This document shows, piece by piece, positions 28,706 to 38,972 of a stretch of DNA of 62,172 bases. Position 1 is the first letter of the stretch; every line of letters starts with the position of its first letter. A model generated the notes under the pieces. That model ran no database searches, was not told where the DNA came from, and was given only the letters and a program-made list of their open reading frames with translations. Both the position numbers and the translations under genes were made by a program. Origin of the DNA: a virus (lineage: Duplodnaviria; Caudoviricetes); IMG/VR virus record IMGVR_UViG_3300037991_004042, positions 1 to 62,172 of that record; one strand, given 5' to 3'.

Positions 28706-31561
28706 TTACTCAGGCAGTATTATGAACTCGCCAAACTCGTCAATACCTATTCTATTATAGTCAAAATTAGGAAGTTCCAAACCCTCACTCAAATCTTGAC
28801 TGGTTTTAATTATCTTCGCTTCTGGAGCCATTTGGTTTAATGCCTTCAGCATGTCTACAGATGTTTTGTAGTAAGGGTGAGCCTTATGGATTCTTGAATG
28901 GCTTTTCATCAGATAGGCTTTGGCTTCTCTTAGCAAGAGTAAGCCCATTTCTTTGAATGGCATATAAGCGGTTCCACCGGACATACATGCCCTTTCAAAG
29001 CATAGCTTTGCTTTGTCTGAGTATCCATCATTTATAAGTTGCATGCCAAGAGCAACCCAAGATCCAGAATCATACTGATCTTCTTCTAATTGTTTTATTA
29101 ATAGATCTTTGTATTTTATTAATTTCTCTGAAAGAATTTCAGGAGGCTGATTTAGACCATGATTAATGTATGAAACAGGTGACATTAGTATTTTTGGCTT
29201 TATTCCATTTAAGGTCATTTTTTTCAATGATATATCGAAGCCCTCATGGACTTTGCCATTCATTCTCATTGATCCACGACCATCAATCCTAAACATTCTA
29301 ATGCTTTCAGAATATGCTTTGTCTGATCCATTATTGATTATATTGTCAAATCTAAATGACCAGCCCAAACAATCATTTGCTTCACACATTCTTGTTATTG
29401 CAGAACAATCATGAGATTTTGGAGTCTCATCAGGATCTAAGAAAAGAATCCAACTTATAAATTTATTTTGATTGTATTCAATCTCATCAAATGTTGCATT
29501 TCTACATTCTGCAAGACCTTTATCTTTTGAGAACTCACAATGTATTACATCAACTTTATAAAGTTTTATATAGCAAGCAAACTCTTTACTAGGCCCTGTT
29601 TCAAACCAGTCTTCGATTTCTAAAATTTGTTCAAGGCTCATCTCAATCCAAGACTTGTCAGAATCATTCCATGAGTCTGTCCAACCCAAAACTATTCGAT
29701 CTACAACACCATAGAGCCTATCCCAAGTTGAAGAGTATTGGAATGGATCTTCTTTAGAATAAGCAAGCATTGATAATGCTAGTCCGTTTCGATTATTATA
29801 CAAACTAACTGGAACATTTTCTTGTCTTGCAATGTGAGAATAATCTTCAGCCCCTAATACTTGCTGATCTTTTTCTTTATCAATAGCGGTATAAAATTTG
29901 GTCTTCATATGCCGATCTATTGCTCGAACATGAGACAAGTGTCGAAATCTTATTGCTGATGCAAAGTAATTACAAGATGAAAGTTCAGGTGAATTACCGC
30001 AGTGCAAGCCAATTTTATTTCCAGCATGGATTCTAAATTTTAAACCTTTATTTACTTTCCATATTCTAGGGCCAACCATTCCACTCATATATCCGTGAGT
30101 AAATGGAGGATCATTTCTAACTAATTGTGTAGTTTCCCAATGATTAATCCATGAAACATTACATATTATATGATCGGGATTTGGATGGGCTAGAACTCTT
30201 CTAAAAGATTCTCTTGTAATTCTATCTTCAAAGAACTCATCTGCATCAATGCTTATAATCCAGTCAGCATCTAAAGATTCAGCCATTTCATGAGTTTTGT
30301 TTCTTTCATTTCTTTCGTTGAAATTTTTATTCCAGAAATCTATATTTGTAATAAAAGAATCTTTATTATCTCTACTCTTTATAAGGTCAATCCAATTTTC
30401 TGTATACTGCTTTAACTTTTCTAGGCTGTCAGCATTGGCACATTGCTCTAGATAAACTCTATCAGACTCTTCTAGTTGATTAAAAAGACCAGAGTCATAA
30501 GAGTTCAGAACCTCACTTGGATTATTTGTAATTAAGATAGCCGCACCATCTATTATATTCATTGATTTCTTCAAAGATAATTTAAATTGAACTAAGTCAT
30601 TTACACATTTAAATGAAACTCTATAAGCCGCTATTACACTTCCAATATTTTGAGTTTCATCTTTGTACTTTAAATAATAATTAAGCCTGTTATTCATTCC
30701 CCTTTTTTCAGACTTAAAATATTTATCTAAAGTTAAATGCCCTATATGATGTATAAATGTATCAATTGCAATACAGGAAATATAACCAAGTTCATAAACC
30801 CTCTTTGAAAGGTCATTATCCTCATACCCTCCGATTCCAAATGTTTGCGAATCTAGAAAGCCCCCATAATTGAAATTGTCTTCAAGCTTCTCAGCAAGTT
30901 CTTTCTTTATCGCAAAACAGAATCCACTTAAATAAGGATACATAAGTGTTTTATCAGGAACTAGATTACTTAGAACTTGAGCAAAGTAGTCTATGCCGTT
31001 CTCCTTAATTACTTTAAGTTCATTTTCTGATACCCTTTGGAGATTATAAACCCCAGTGCTTCTTGGGCCAACAAGACCAATTTTGTGATCTTTATATATG
31101 TCTTCTATTTCTTTAAGATCTCTAACATCTCCTGACATATGAAATCTTTGCATTGAATCTCTTGTAATAAAGTTTCTTTTTTCAAAATGACTGCAAAGTT
31201 TAGTTTGCCAATCTTTTGTTACTTGTACATCATCACTACATACTATTATGTTGTCTGGAAGTTCGTCTAATTCAGACTTCATAACTGCATATGCTTTATT
31301 GATTGCTCCTGAAAACCCAATAGGCTTATCTGACCAAACAACTTTAAAATCTACATTTGAATTAATATTGCTTAAAATCTTTTCGCATTCATGAATATGA
31401 GTCAAAGAGAGTATAACTTTGTTGGCTTCATCCATATTAAATGGGTTTACTGAAAAAACAATTAAAGTATTTTCACTCGCATTTTTTATTGCAACATTAA
31501 AAAATTTAGGAAGAACACCTATATCTGCCATTGTTGGGACAATTATCAAATAGTCATACAT
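28706..31561 (-). CDS. Multi-domain glycosyltransferase: three GT2 (GT-A) domains plus TPR
   Basis: Three DxD-type motifs (CSDD, IDADE, LDPDE), GGYEDNDL and GKVHE, then TPR-like helices (SWVALG...AKLCFERA). Confidence 0.85.
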   Translation of the reverse strand: MYDYLIIVPTMADIGVLPKFFNVAIKNASENTLIVFSVNPFNMDEANKVILSLTHIHECEKILSNINSNVDFKVVWSDKPIGFSGAINKAYAVMKSELDELPDNIIVCSDDVQVTKDWQTKLCSHFEKRNFITRDSMQRFHMSGDVRDLKEIEDIYKDHKIGLVGPRSTGVYNLQRVSENELKVIKENGIDYFAQVLSNLVPDKTLMYPYLSGFCFAIKKELAEKLEDNFNYGGFLDSQTFGIGGYEDNDLSKRVYELGYISCIAIDTFIHHIGHLTLDKYFKSEKRGMNNRLNYYLKYKDETQNIGSVIAAYRVSFKCVNDLVQFKLSLKKSMNIIDGAAILITNNPSEVLNSYDSGLFNQLEESDRVYLEQCANADSLEKLKQYTENWIDLIKSRDNKDSFITNIDFWNKNFNERNERNKTHEMAESLDADWIISIDADEFFEDRITRESFRRVLAHPNPDHIICNVSWINHWETTQLVRNDPPFTHGYMSGMVGPRIWKVNKGLKFRIHAGNKIGLHCGNSPELSSCNYFASAIRFRHLSHVRAIDRHMKTKFYTAIDKEKDQQVLGAEDYSHIARQENVPVSLYNNRNGLALSMLAYSKEDPFQYSSTWDRLYGVVDRIVLGWTDSWNDSDKSWIEMSLEQILEIEDWFETGPSKEFACYIKLYKVDVIHCEFSKDKGLAECRNATFDEIEYNQNKFISWILFLDPDETPKSHDCSAITRMCEANDCLGWSFRFDNIINNGSDKAYSESIRMFRIDGRGSMRMNGKVHEGFDISLKKMTLNGIKPKILMSPVSYINHGLNQPPEILSEKLIKYKDLLIKQLEEDQYDSGSWVALGMQLINDGYSDKAKLCFERACMSGGTAYMPFKEMGLLLLREAKAYLMKSHSRIHKAHPYYKTSVDMLKALNQMAPEAKIIKTSQDLSEGLELPNFDYNRIGIDEFGEFIILPE

Positions 31562-31646
31562 TTTACATACCTCAGTATCTCGTACCTTAATTGGTATGTT
31601 TTATTTAGCAGGTCAGAATTAATCTTTCAAAAAAATAGGCGTTTTT

Positions 31647-31980
31647 TTATTCGTCTATTGATTTCCTAAGAAGCTCATTCTCTTTTTCTAAGAATTCTAC
31701 TCTAGTTCGAAAGGTGGCAAGCTGTTCCCTCAACTCTGCAATTTGATCCTGAAGGGCTTGTATTTCGTCTTGCTTCTGTTGGTATGACTCTTCAAGCTTA
31801 GATCTGAGTCTTGCAACCTCGTCTCTAAGATCGTCTCTATATAAATGAGTCTCAGCAAGTTCCTTATTCTTCTCTTCCTGCTTTGATATCTGTTTCTTTT
31901 GGTAGTACTCCCAAGCCTTAGCGGAAGACAGCGCACCTATTAAGGTCACTACTACTGTAATAATGTCACTGCTTTCCATG
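31647..31980 (-). CDS. Membrane protein with coiled coil (holin-like candidate)
   Basis: One hydrophobic helix followed by a heptad coiled coil; probable start at MESS. Confidence 0.5.
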
Positions 31981-32439
31981 ACTGGCTCTCCTAACACAAA
32001 TAACAATATACTCTTTATTTAGTTTCCACAGAGTATACGATGCAAAAATAAATTGAATTAAATAACTTAAGTAGTATTGGGCTGGCATATACACTTCACA
32101 AACATATATCAAACTTGCGATTGATACACAAAGGCCCCAATACAATCTGAAGAATTTAACTCTCCAGCTTAATTTATTTACAAGTGCAGTGTAAAGAATA
32201 CCAATTCCCGTTATGCAGCACACAGCAGCCAAAATAAGAAATATATGCTGGCAACCTTGTATGTCAGGATTGCCAAACTTCACTTTTGTGCCACATGAGT
32301 CTGCAATTATTTTTAATTGATAAGAATTACTAAACGCCAAAAGAACTCCTTGCATGAGTTCTAGACTTTGAGTATCGCCATAGATTGCTATGCCTTTCAA
32401 CTCTTTCCATATCTTTTTAAGCTTAGAAATAAAATCCAT
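31966..32439 (-). CDS. Multi-pass membrane protein (holin candidate)
   Basis: Three to four hydrophobic segments; GAGG RBS. Confidence 0.55.
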   Translation of the reverse strand: MDFISKLKKIWKELKGIAIYGDTQSLELMQGVLLAFSNSYQLKIIADSCGTKVKFGNPDIQGCQHIFLILAAVCCITGIGILYTALVNKLSWRVKFFRLYWGLCVSIASLIYVCEVYMPAQYYLSYLIQFIFASYTLWKLNKEYIVICVRRASHGKQ

Positions 32440-32509
32440 GACACCTCTCCAGTATCAATTGTATCTATTTATAGCCCTAAAAGCTGTGCGCCGTACTCTA
32501 GATTTTGTA

Positions 32510-33148
32510 TCAGCTTAGTGCTACGAACGGCTCGTAAATTTCCATGTTACAACGCCAAAACATTGCTCTACCTCTGAATTGCTGTATAAGCTGAACACCT
32601 CTGATAGAGAAAATTTCATTTGTAAGCTTCTCTGTCATTAGGTCATTTACTTTCGGGTAGAAAACTTCGGTATAGGGAATATGGACGAATGGCCCTTCTT
32701 TAATGTAACTTCCGAAAACATCCACTCTCTGGTCTGCTGCGTGAATGGTCTGAGATCCTGTTCTTGTAATATTGACCGGATAATCATCGACCATTGTTTT
32801 AAATATTTCTATGACACCGCCAGCAAGTCCCATGTATTTTATTTCAATAGTAGATCCGGAAGAAACTATATTGCTGTCACAAGATATTGTAGAAATGTCA
32901 TCGAACTGAAGTGCTGTGCAAGCAAATCGACTAGAAGCGTAGTTCAGCGTCTCTGATTGTGCTGAGCCACCCAGTGAGCCCGTTACCGTTATAGAACCGG
33001 TTGTATTGGCACTCAGGTTGATCTGAACCACACATTGTGTGCTAGGTTGGCTTGTCATGCTTATAGAAGACGCAGGAGCCTGTGGCTCCAGTGCAAGACT
33101 GGTGCGCCTTCTAATAAGAACGATATTGTTGCAAACACTTATAAGCAT
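32510..33148 (-). CDS. Probable head-closure protein with inserted beta domain
   Basis: N-terminal CNNIVLIRR and C-terminal PKVNDLM...FSIRGV resemble head-closure proteins; position. Confidence 0.5.
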   Translation of the reverse strand: MLISVCNNIVLIRRRTSLALEPQAPASSISMTSQPSTQCVVQINLSANTTGSITVTGSLGGSAQSETLNYASSRFACTALQFDDISTISCDSNIVSSGSTIEIKYMGLAGGVIEIFKTMVDDYPVNITRTGSQTIHAADQRVDVFGSYIKEGPFVHIPYTEVFYPKVNDLMTEKLTNEIFSIRGVQLIQQFRGRAMFWRCNMEIYEPFVALS

Positions 33149-33753
33149 TATTGTTCTTCATCTTTCTCTATGCTTTCATTTTCATTAGAATTAATTATAA
33201 CATTAGGTTCTGCAATAATTATAGATGGGGGAACAAATGACTCTGGTTCTGGATCTGGTTCCGGTTCCGGTATTGGTTCAGGAATGGGAGCAGGTTCTGG
33301 CTCAGGCACAGGCATTGCAACGGCTTGTGGTGGCGGCTCAGGAGAAGCCTCGACCTGAAATGAGCCTTGTGAGTCGTCATAGACGGTCAAAGACACAAAG
33401 TGAGCACCGCCCCGTTTCAGGTTAAATGAAACTCGCCCTCTAAGATTAGGTTTATTCTCAACAAAGAATGTATTTTTTGGAACCTTCATATTTGCGGTAA
33501 TTGATTTTCTTGGGAAAGAAATTATAAAAACTCGCATTGCCAAGTGTTCTGATTCTTCCATCAATAATCTAAGTTTATTTATGTCAGTAACATACTCGAC
33601 CAAAACAGAACATTGTAATGCTCTTTTACTAAAGCAACTTGTAAGTCTGTGTTGAATTCTTGGGCCATCGATAAGAACACAATGCTGTTCATCCTGAAAA
33701 TATGTTGCTCTTAGGACATCTATATTCGATGCAAATCCGATATGTTTAGCCAT
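33148..33753 (-). CDS. Hypothetical protein with Pro/Glu-rich repeat tail
   Basis: PEPEPAPIPEPIPEPEPDPEPE; coupled to neighbouring genes. Confidence 0.6.
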   Translation of the reverse strand: MAKHIGFASNIDVLRATYFQDEQHCVLIDGPRIQHRLTSCFSKRALQCSVLVEYVTDINKLRLLMEESEHLAMRVFIISFPRKSITANMKVPKNTFFVENKPNLRGRVSFNLKRGGAHFVSLTVYDDSQGSFQVEASPEPPPQAVAMPVPEPEPAPIPEPIPEPEPDPEPESFVPPSIIIAEPNVIINSNENESIEKDEEQ

Positions 33754-34318
33754 GTCTTGCTCCTAATTGGTAAATGTTATTTACCTTACAAAAGTGTGAT
33801 ACGATAGATTTCTTAATTAAAAATAAATTAGACACAAAATCTTTATCAAATATGTAAGTAATATAGAATTTCTTTTCAAATGATTCTTCACATAATGAAG
33901 AAACGATTGATCTTATCTTTGAAGCTCTATTTATCTTTTCGGTATTATAGTTCTCAGCATCTTTGGGAAATGCAACATATATATCAAATTCAAAATGTGA
34001 CAGATCCAGAAGTATTCTTCTTAGGCTAGATTCATACTGATACGGATCTAGGTTGTCTTTTATTTGTTTAGAGCCGAGAAGAATATATACAGTTGTGCTA
34101 AAGTCTTTCTTTATTATGGACAAGTTAGAAATGTGCGAAGACACAGGATTTATATCTGATATGTCTTCTAAGTTTATTTCATAAAAAAATGGAACCTTTT
34201 CTACTCCAGTTGAAATAAACTCCTGTTGAACCTGAACCGCTATATTCACATTGTTGTTTTCAAATGTTGTATATTTATCGGTAATAAACAGACAACAATT
34301 ATTTGAAAGTCTTGTCAT
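33746..34318 (-). CDS. Hypothetical protein (possible degenerate SGNH fold)
   Basis: VYILLGS...YESSLRRIL pattern; weak. Confidence 0.45.
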   Translation of the reverse strand: MTRLSNNCCLFITDKYTTFENNNVNIAVQVQQEFISTGVEKVPFFYEINLEDISDINPVSSHISNLSIIKKDFSTTVYILLGSKQIKDNLDPYQYESSLRRILLDLSHFEFDIYVAFPKDAENYNTEKINRASKIRSIVSSLCEESFEKKFYITYIFDKDFVSNLFLIKKSIVSHFCKVNNIYQLGARHG

Positions 34319-35646
34319 GAAACTAATTCCTTGAAGAATGATTCTACTACAAGTTCAATATAATCCATTTGCTCTTCTGTGATCACAGGAGAAGTTCCCA
34401 AGAAGAAAGTATTTGTTGTTACTTTGGTTGATACAGGAAAATTTGACCCATGATTATCTAACGGAATTAATTCCTTATAGGCTGGTTGATAAGCAAAATT
34501 GCCAGCAAAGTAATTTCTGGTTTGTATTTTATTACTCTCTAAATACATCGTAAAGTCCTTTCTTTTGAACGGAGAGGAGTCTTTCACCGTAAGCGGAAAT
34601 GCAAACCAGCTTGGGTCAGAACCCTCTGTAGCCTTCGGCAAAACAAAGAACTCATTATATTTGCTAAATATGGAATACAGTCTGCTAAAGTTTTTCTTTC
34701 TAAGTCTGTGTATCTCTGGAAGCTTTTTTAATTGCATAAGCCCTATTGATGATTGAAGTTCTATAGGCTTTAAATTAAATCCTATTTCTTCATAAACATA
34801 CTTATGGTCAAAGACTTCATCTGGAAGCTCAGGTATCCAGTTGCTAAATCTCTTCTTACAAGTTCCATTCTTCATCATGTTGGCTTTCTTTCCAACACAG
34901 TAACAGCCTCTTCCCCACTCTCTAAAGCTTCTAATAACCTGCTCTTGAAGACAAGTTTTCGTAACAACAAAACCACCTTCGCCCATTGTCATGTGGTGAG
35001 CAGGGTAAAAAGAACAACTAGCAAACTCTCCAAAGCTTCCAAGCTTTTTTCCTTTATAGGTAGAGCCTAGAGCATCGCAGCAGTCTTCTAGGAGAACCAA
35101 ATCATATTTCTCAACGATAGACATTAAGTCGTCCATATTTGGCGGGTTACCTAAGACATGAGCAAATGTTATTACCTTTGCTCCAAGCTTTGCAGCTTCC
35201 TCGACCTGCTCAACATCTAAATTTAAAGTATCCAGTTTAATGTCTACGAACAAAGGCTCAAAGCCATTTTGAAATATAGGGTTTATCGTTGTTGGAAATC
35301 CAGCGATTGGAGTAATTACCTTTGTACCCTTGGGAAAGTTCCACAGCCTTTTCGACCTAAGTGCTGACATCATAAGTAGATTTGCACTAGATCCGCTATT
35401 GGTCAGAATGCCGTGCTTTCTTCCAAGGTGTGGCGGGAACTTTTTCTCAAATCTAAGAGAGTCAGATCCCATTACAAGCCAACCCTTTAATAAGGACTTG
35501 ACTGCATTCACATACTCATTTGAGTCCATGTAAGGGCCTGAGTATTGAACCCAGTCTTTTCCGGCTTCCCAATTATTTTCTTTTTCGTTTATATAAGTTT
35601 CTACAAGTTCTAATATTTTGTCTGTTTTCATTTTTTGCTCAATCAC
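34315..35646 (-). CDS. rfbH: NDP-4-keto-6-deoxyglucose 3-dehydrase (RfbH/DdhC, PMP and Fe-S dependent)
   Basis: NSGSSANLL, FPTTINP, EDCCDALGS, SFYPAHHMTMGEGG (His at the PLP-Lys position), WGRGCYC...GTC, FDHKYVY. Confidence 0.93.
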   Translation of the reverse strand: MIEQKMKTDKILELVETYINEKENNWEAGKDWVQYSGPYMDSNEYVNAVKSLLKGWLVMGSDSLRFEKKFPPHLGRKHGILTNSGSSANLLMMSALRSKRLWNFPKGTKVITPIAGFPTTINPIFQNGFEPLFVDIKLDTLNLDVEQVEEAAKLGAKVITFAHVLGNPPNMDDLMSIVEKYDLVLLEDCCDALGSTYKGKKLGSFGEFASCSFYPAHHMTMGEGGFVVTKTCLQEQVIRSFREWGRGCYCVGKKANMMKNGTCKKRFSNWIPELPDEVFDHKYVYEEIGFNLKPIELQSSIGLMQLKKLPEIHRLRKKNFSRLYSIFSKYNEFFVLPKATEGSDPSWFAFPLTVKDSSPFKRKDFTMYLESNKIQTRNYFAGNFAYQPAYKELIPLDNHGSNFPVSTKVTTNTFFLGTSPVITEEQMDYIELVVESFFKELVS

Positions 35647-36547
35647 ATATAATTTGGTTTACATTCATTTCTAAATATTTGGGACTCCACCCCAACGCCT
35701 TAACTTTGTCGTTTGAAATAGAGTACCGCAAGTCTTGGCCTGTCCTGTTGGGAACAAATTCAACTATGTCTTCACATATGTTCAGTCTTTCTTTGATATG
35801 ATTTACAACTTCAAGATTGGTCATTAAGCAGTTGCTAGATATGTTGTAAATCTCATTTATAGAGCCATCTGTTATTATCTTGTAAATAGCATCAACATTG
35901 TCTTGAACATGTATCCAATCTCTAACATAAGATCCGTCTCCGTGAAGAGGTACTTTTGTATTGGTTTTGATAGAGTGAATTATTCTTGGTATTAATTTCT
36001 CAAAGTACTGCCGAGGCCCATAATTGTTTGTACTTCTGGAAATAAAGTAGTCAATGTCGTATGTTCTACCGTATGACATAACAAGCATCTCTGCTGCTGC
36101 TTTTGCAGCCGAATATGGGTTTGATGGTTTAAGCTTGTCAGGCTCTGAAAATGAGCCTTCTAGTATATCTCCATAAACCTCATCAGTGCTTATCTGAAAG
36201 AACACGGGTCTATCACGCTTTACCTTTCTTCTTATAAGATCCAAAAGATTATGTACTCCAATTATGTTGCTTTCGATGAATGGAAAACTGTTGACTATAG
36301 AGTTGTCCACATGACTCTCTGCGGCAAAGTTTACAACATAGTGGCAGTAGGGCAGGTGTGTAATGTCCTTTATATCTTGCTTTATAAGTGTGTAATTTGG
36401 ATTCTTATCAAAACTTAATTCTGAGTTTGCAGCATAAGTCATCTTGTCAATGTCAATGACAGTGTGATTCTCTTTCAGTAAAAGCTCTACAAAATGAGAT
36501 CCTATAAAGCCTCTTCCTCCAGTTACAACGAATATTTTACTTTGCAT
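35639..36547 (-). CDS. rmlB: dTDP-glucose 4,6-dehydratase
   Basis: VTGGRGFIGSHF, DKMTYAA, NFAAESHVDNS, QISTDEVYG, PSNPYSAAKA, EKLIP, GQDLRY. Confidence 0.93.
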   Translation of the reverse strand: MQSKIFVVTGGRGFIGSHFVELLLKENHTVIDIDKMTYAANSELSFDKNPNYTLIKQDIKDITHLPYCHYVVNFAAESHVDNSIVNSFPFIESNIIGVHNLLDLIRRKVKRDRPVFFQISTDEVYGDILEGSFSEPDKLKPSNPYSAAKAAAEMLVMSYGRTYDIDYFISRSTNNYGPRQYFEKLIPRIIHSIKTNTKVPLHGDGSYVRDWIHVQDNVDAIYKIITDGSINEIYNISSNCLMTNLEVVNHIKERLNICEDIVEFVPNRTGQDLRYSISNDKVKALGWSPKYLEMNVNQIICD

Positions 36548-36555
36548 TTTTTCCC

Positions 36556-37389
36556 CTAAATCAGTAGTTTGATAGATTCATATATATTTAAGTTTGGAAC
36601 GAAGCCCAATTTCTGTATCTTTCTTGTGTCTATAATTATATCTCTAGCCTGAACAATCTTATGAAAGTTTGGTGGTTCTACACTTGTAATTTCAGAATTA
36701 GATTGAGTAATACCTTTGGCATACTCTATCATATCAGATATTGTATTCGACTCGCCTCGACCAACATTTATTATCTCATTCACGGGCATCTTTTTAATTA
36801 CAAGATTTATAGCCGAGCAAACATCGTGAACATGAAGATAATCTCTTAAGTGTTGTCCACCGTCATACAAGCTTACAGGATCGTCGTTCTTAAGGTTGTC
36901 TATCATCTTTTGTAGTGCGTTCTTCTTCAATGAAAAAGAGTCGCCCTTTCCAATAACATTGCACAACCTAATTATTCGATACTTCATATTGAAAGTTTCA
37001 CAATAGGAAATAAGAAGCTGTTCTGCTGCACGCTTTGTAATTGAGTAAAAACCCTTGGGATCACAATATGTTTCTTCTGAGCATGGGTTTAATCCATGGT
37101 CACCATAAACAAACCATGAGCTTATAAAATTAAATACAAATCCTTTTTTATTCTTATTTGATTCTAAAACATTTATAAGCTTAGAAAGATTTGTATTTAT
37201 ATCCAAGAAAGCATCTGCAAATACATTGTAGTTTGTTGTTGTGCTGATAAAGTACAACGCTTCATTTGACTCGGATGAGTCTTGGTTTCTGGGTATTTTT
37301 ATTAGGTTGTAATCTTCTTTGTATTTTTTCACAAAGTGTGAGCCTATGAATCCACTTGAGCCATAGACGGATATAGTTTTTTTATTCAT
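36556..37389 (-). CDS. NAD-dependent epimerase/4-reductase (extended SDR)
   Basis: GSSGFIG, SSWFVYG, YSITK, RDYLHVHDV. Confidence 0.88.
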   Translation of the reverse strand: MNKKTISVYGSSGFIGSHFVKKYKEDYNLIKIPRNQDSSESNEALYFISTTTNYNVFADAFLDINTNLSKLINVLESNKNKKGFVFNFISSWFVYGDHGLNPCSEETYCDPKGFYSITKRAAEQLLISYCETFNMKYRIIRLCNVIGKGDSFSLKKNALQKMIDNLKNDDPVSLYDGGQHLRDYLHVHDVCSAINLVIKKMPVNEIINVGRGESNTISDMIEYAKGITQSNSEITSVEPPNFHKIVQARDIIIDTRKIQKLGFVPNLNIYESIKLLI

Positions 37390-37540
37390 TTAATTTAATA
37401 AAGTTTAGTTTTGATAATAGTTTTTTTATTATAGTAATTAATTACTAATTATATTAATTTTTAGTATTAATACAATAACAGATTATCAGGAAAAAAGGGC
37501 CTCTTTTTTTCAAGAAGACCCATTTTATGTCCAAAAAGAA

Positions 37541-37816
37541 TTATTCTTCTTTCTTTCTGCGCCTTCTGCGCTTCGGTGCTTCAGTCTCTTCAGCCTTTTC
37601 TTTTTCTACGGGCTTAGGAGCTGGAGCGGGGGAAGATGCGACAATCTCAACACTTGCCTTCTTGAACTTGTGTTGTCTAATCAAAGCTCTTTCAATTCTA
37701 TTATTATCTACTTTCAATATTACAAGCCCATTGTGAACCTCACCCTTCAAGGTTTGGCCCAAAACTCTGAACTCTAAGTTCGTGCAATGTCTTTGTTGCT
37801 TTACTAAAGTAACCAT
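37541..37816 (-). CDS. Hypothetical protein with basic tail
   Basis: AGGAG RBS; followed by a hairpin near 37495-37525. Confidence 0.7.
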   Translation of the reverse strand: MVTLVKQQRHCTNLEFRVLGQTLKGEVHNGLVILKVDNNRIERALIRQHKFKKASVEIVASSPAPAPKPVEKEKAEETEAPKRRRRRKKEE

Positions 37817-37831
37817 TTGGATTCTCCTACA

Positions 37832-38377
37832 CTAAAAAGATATATCACATTGTACCTGATTTCCCCAAGAATCCCAACCATAAACTTTCTGCCTCGCAAA
37901 GAGTTCTATCTTGTTTTGACTTGGAAACATTTTATCAATCTCAGATCTTATTCCTTCTGGCTTTTTGGAATGAGCCTCTCTTTTGTGAAAGAAATATTGC
38001 CTAACATTCCGAGCACCTCTTGGTTTTGGTATCTTGTTGAACTTTCCAATTAGACATAATTCACACTGACTCATAGTGTAAAATCCGGGGTTTGTAACCC
38101 CTTTATTCCATACAAATCCAACAGTTGTATACTTGAAGCCCCAAGCTTTCATTAAATCAATACCTTGATCAAGATGCGGATTTGTACACCACATGAAGAG
38201 CAATGTCCCATCTGGATCTACTATATTACTAATTGGAAGCTTTTTAAGTTCAGATAACTTCATGGTAGAATAATGATTGATTGCCCCACCTGTATCCTTG
38301 CCGCCCTTTCCATTATGCTGTTTGCCTCCCTTGTAATCCCAAGGAGGGTCTGCATATATAATTTGATATTTTTTCAT
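37832..38377 (-). CDS. MT-A70 family adenine methyltransferase
   Basis: YQIIYADPPW, LFMWCT, HSKKPE, IELFAR, GWDSWGNQ. Confidence 0.92.
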   Translation of the reverse strand: MKKYQIIYADPPWDYKGGKQHNGKGGKDTGGAINHYSTMKLSELKKLPISNIVDPDGTLLFMWCTNPHLDQGIDLMKAWGFKYTTVGFVWNKGVTNPGFYTMSQCELCLIGKFNKIPKPRGARNVRQYFFHKREAHSKKPEGIRSEIDKMFPSQNKIELFARQKVYGWDSWGNQVQCDISF

Positions 38378-38380
38378 ATT

Positions 38381-38965
38381 CTAGGTAGACCTGTATCCTC
38401 TAGCGAAAAGCCTTCTGTGCTTTCCAAGAATTCTTTGTGCAAGTGTAGGTATTGTTGAACCCAAACCACCTTCCATTTGATACTGGTAATCACCGCTTCG
38501 CTCCATCTTATAACCAAGATGTGCTTGCTGATTAAACATTGAAACAGCAATCAAGTTCCCAGCATAAAGTAGATCCGCAGGAACTGAAGCAAAACCCGCA
38601 GTGTAAGTTACTTCTACAACATTTCTACCAGTTGGAAGAACCACACTAAGAGGTATAAATTTAATTACGCCTATATCCGGAATGAGTTGATAATCAACAT
38701 CTATTGTTTGCAACTGACCAGAAATGGTTAGAGCAACAATACTTGATACTGGTTTATATTCAAGTGCAACGGCACTGGTTCCACCAAATGTAACATCAAT
38801 GTAATCGGTGTAAGTGGTTAAACCAGATGTTGTAAGTCCTATTTCGTCCAAGACAATTTGGTCAACCGCATCTTGAAGATCTGTTAAAGTATCATCAAAG
38901 CGAGTAATTGCGGTAGTTATACCTAGCATTCGTTTTAGTCTTGCAACATCTGTAAAAGTAGCCAT
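38381..38965 (-). CDS. Head-tail adaptor/connector
   Basis: LKRMLGI...PVSSIV...VEVTYTAGFASVPADL...ERSGDY pattern. Confidence 0.85.
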   Translation of the reverse strand: MATFTDVARLKRMLGITTAITRFDDTLTDLQDAVDQIVLDEIGLTTSGLTTYTDYIDVTFGGTSAVALEYKPVSSIVALTISGQLQTIDVDYQLIPDIGVIKFIPLSVVLPTGRNVVEVTYTAGFASVPADLLYAGNLIAVSMFNQQAHLGYKMERSGDYQYQMEGGLGSTIPTLAQRILGKHRRLFARGYRST

Positions 38966-38972
38966 TGTTCAC

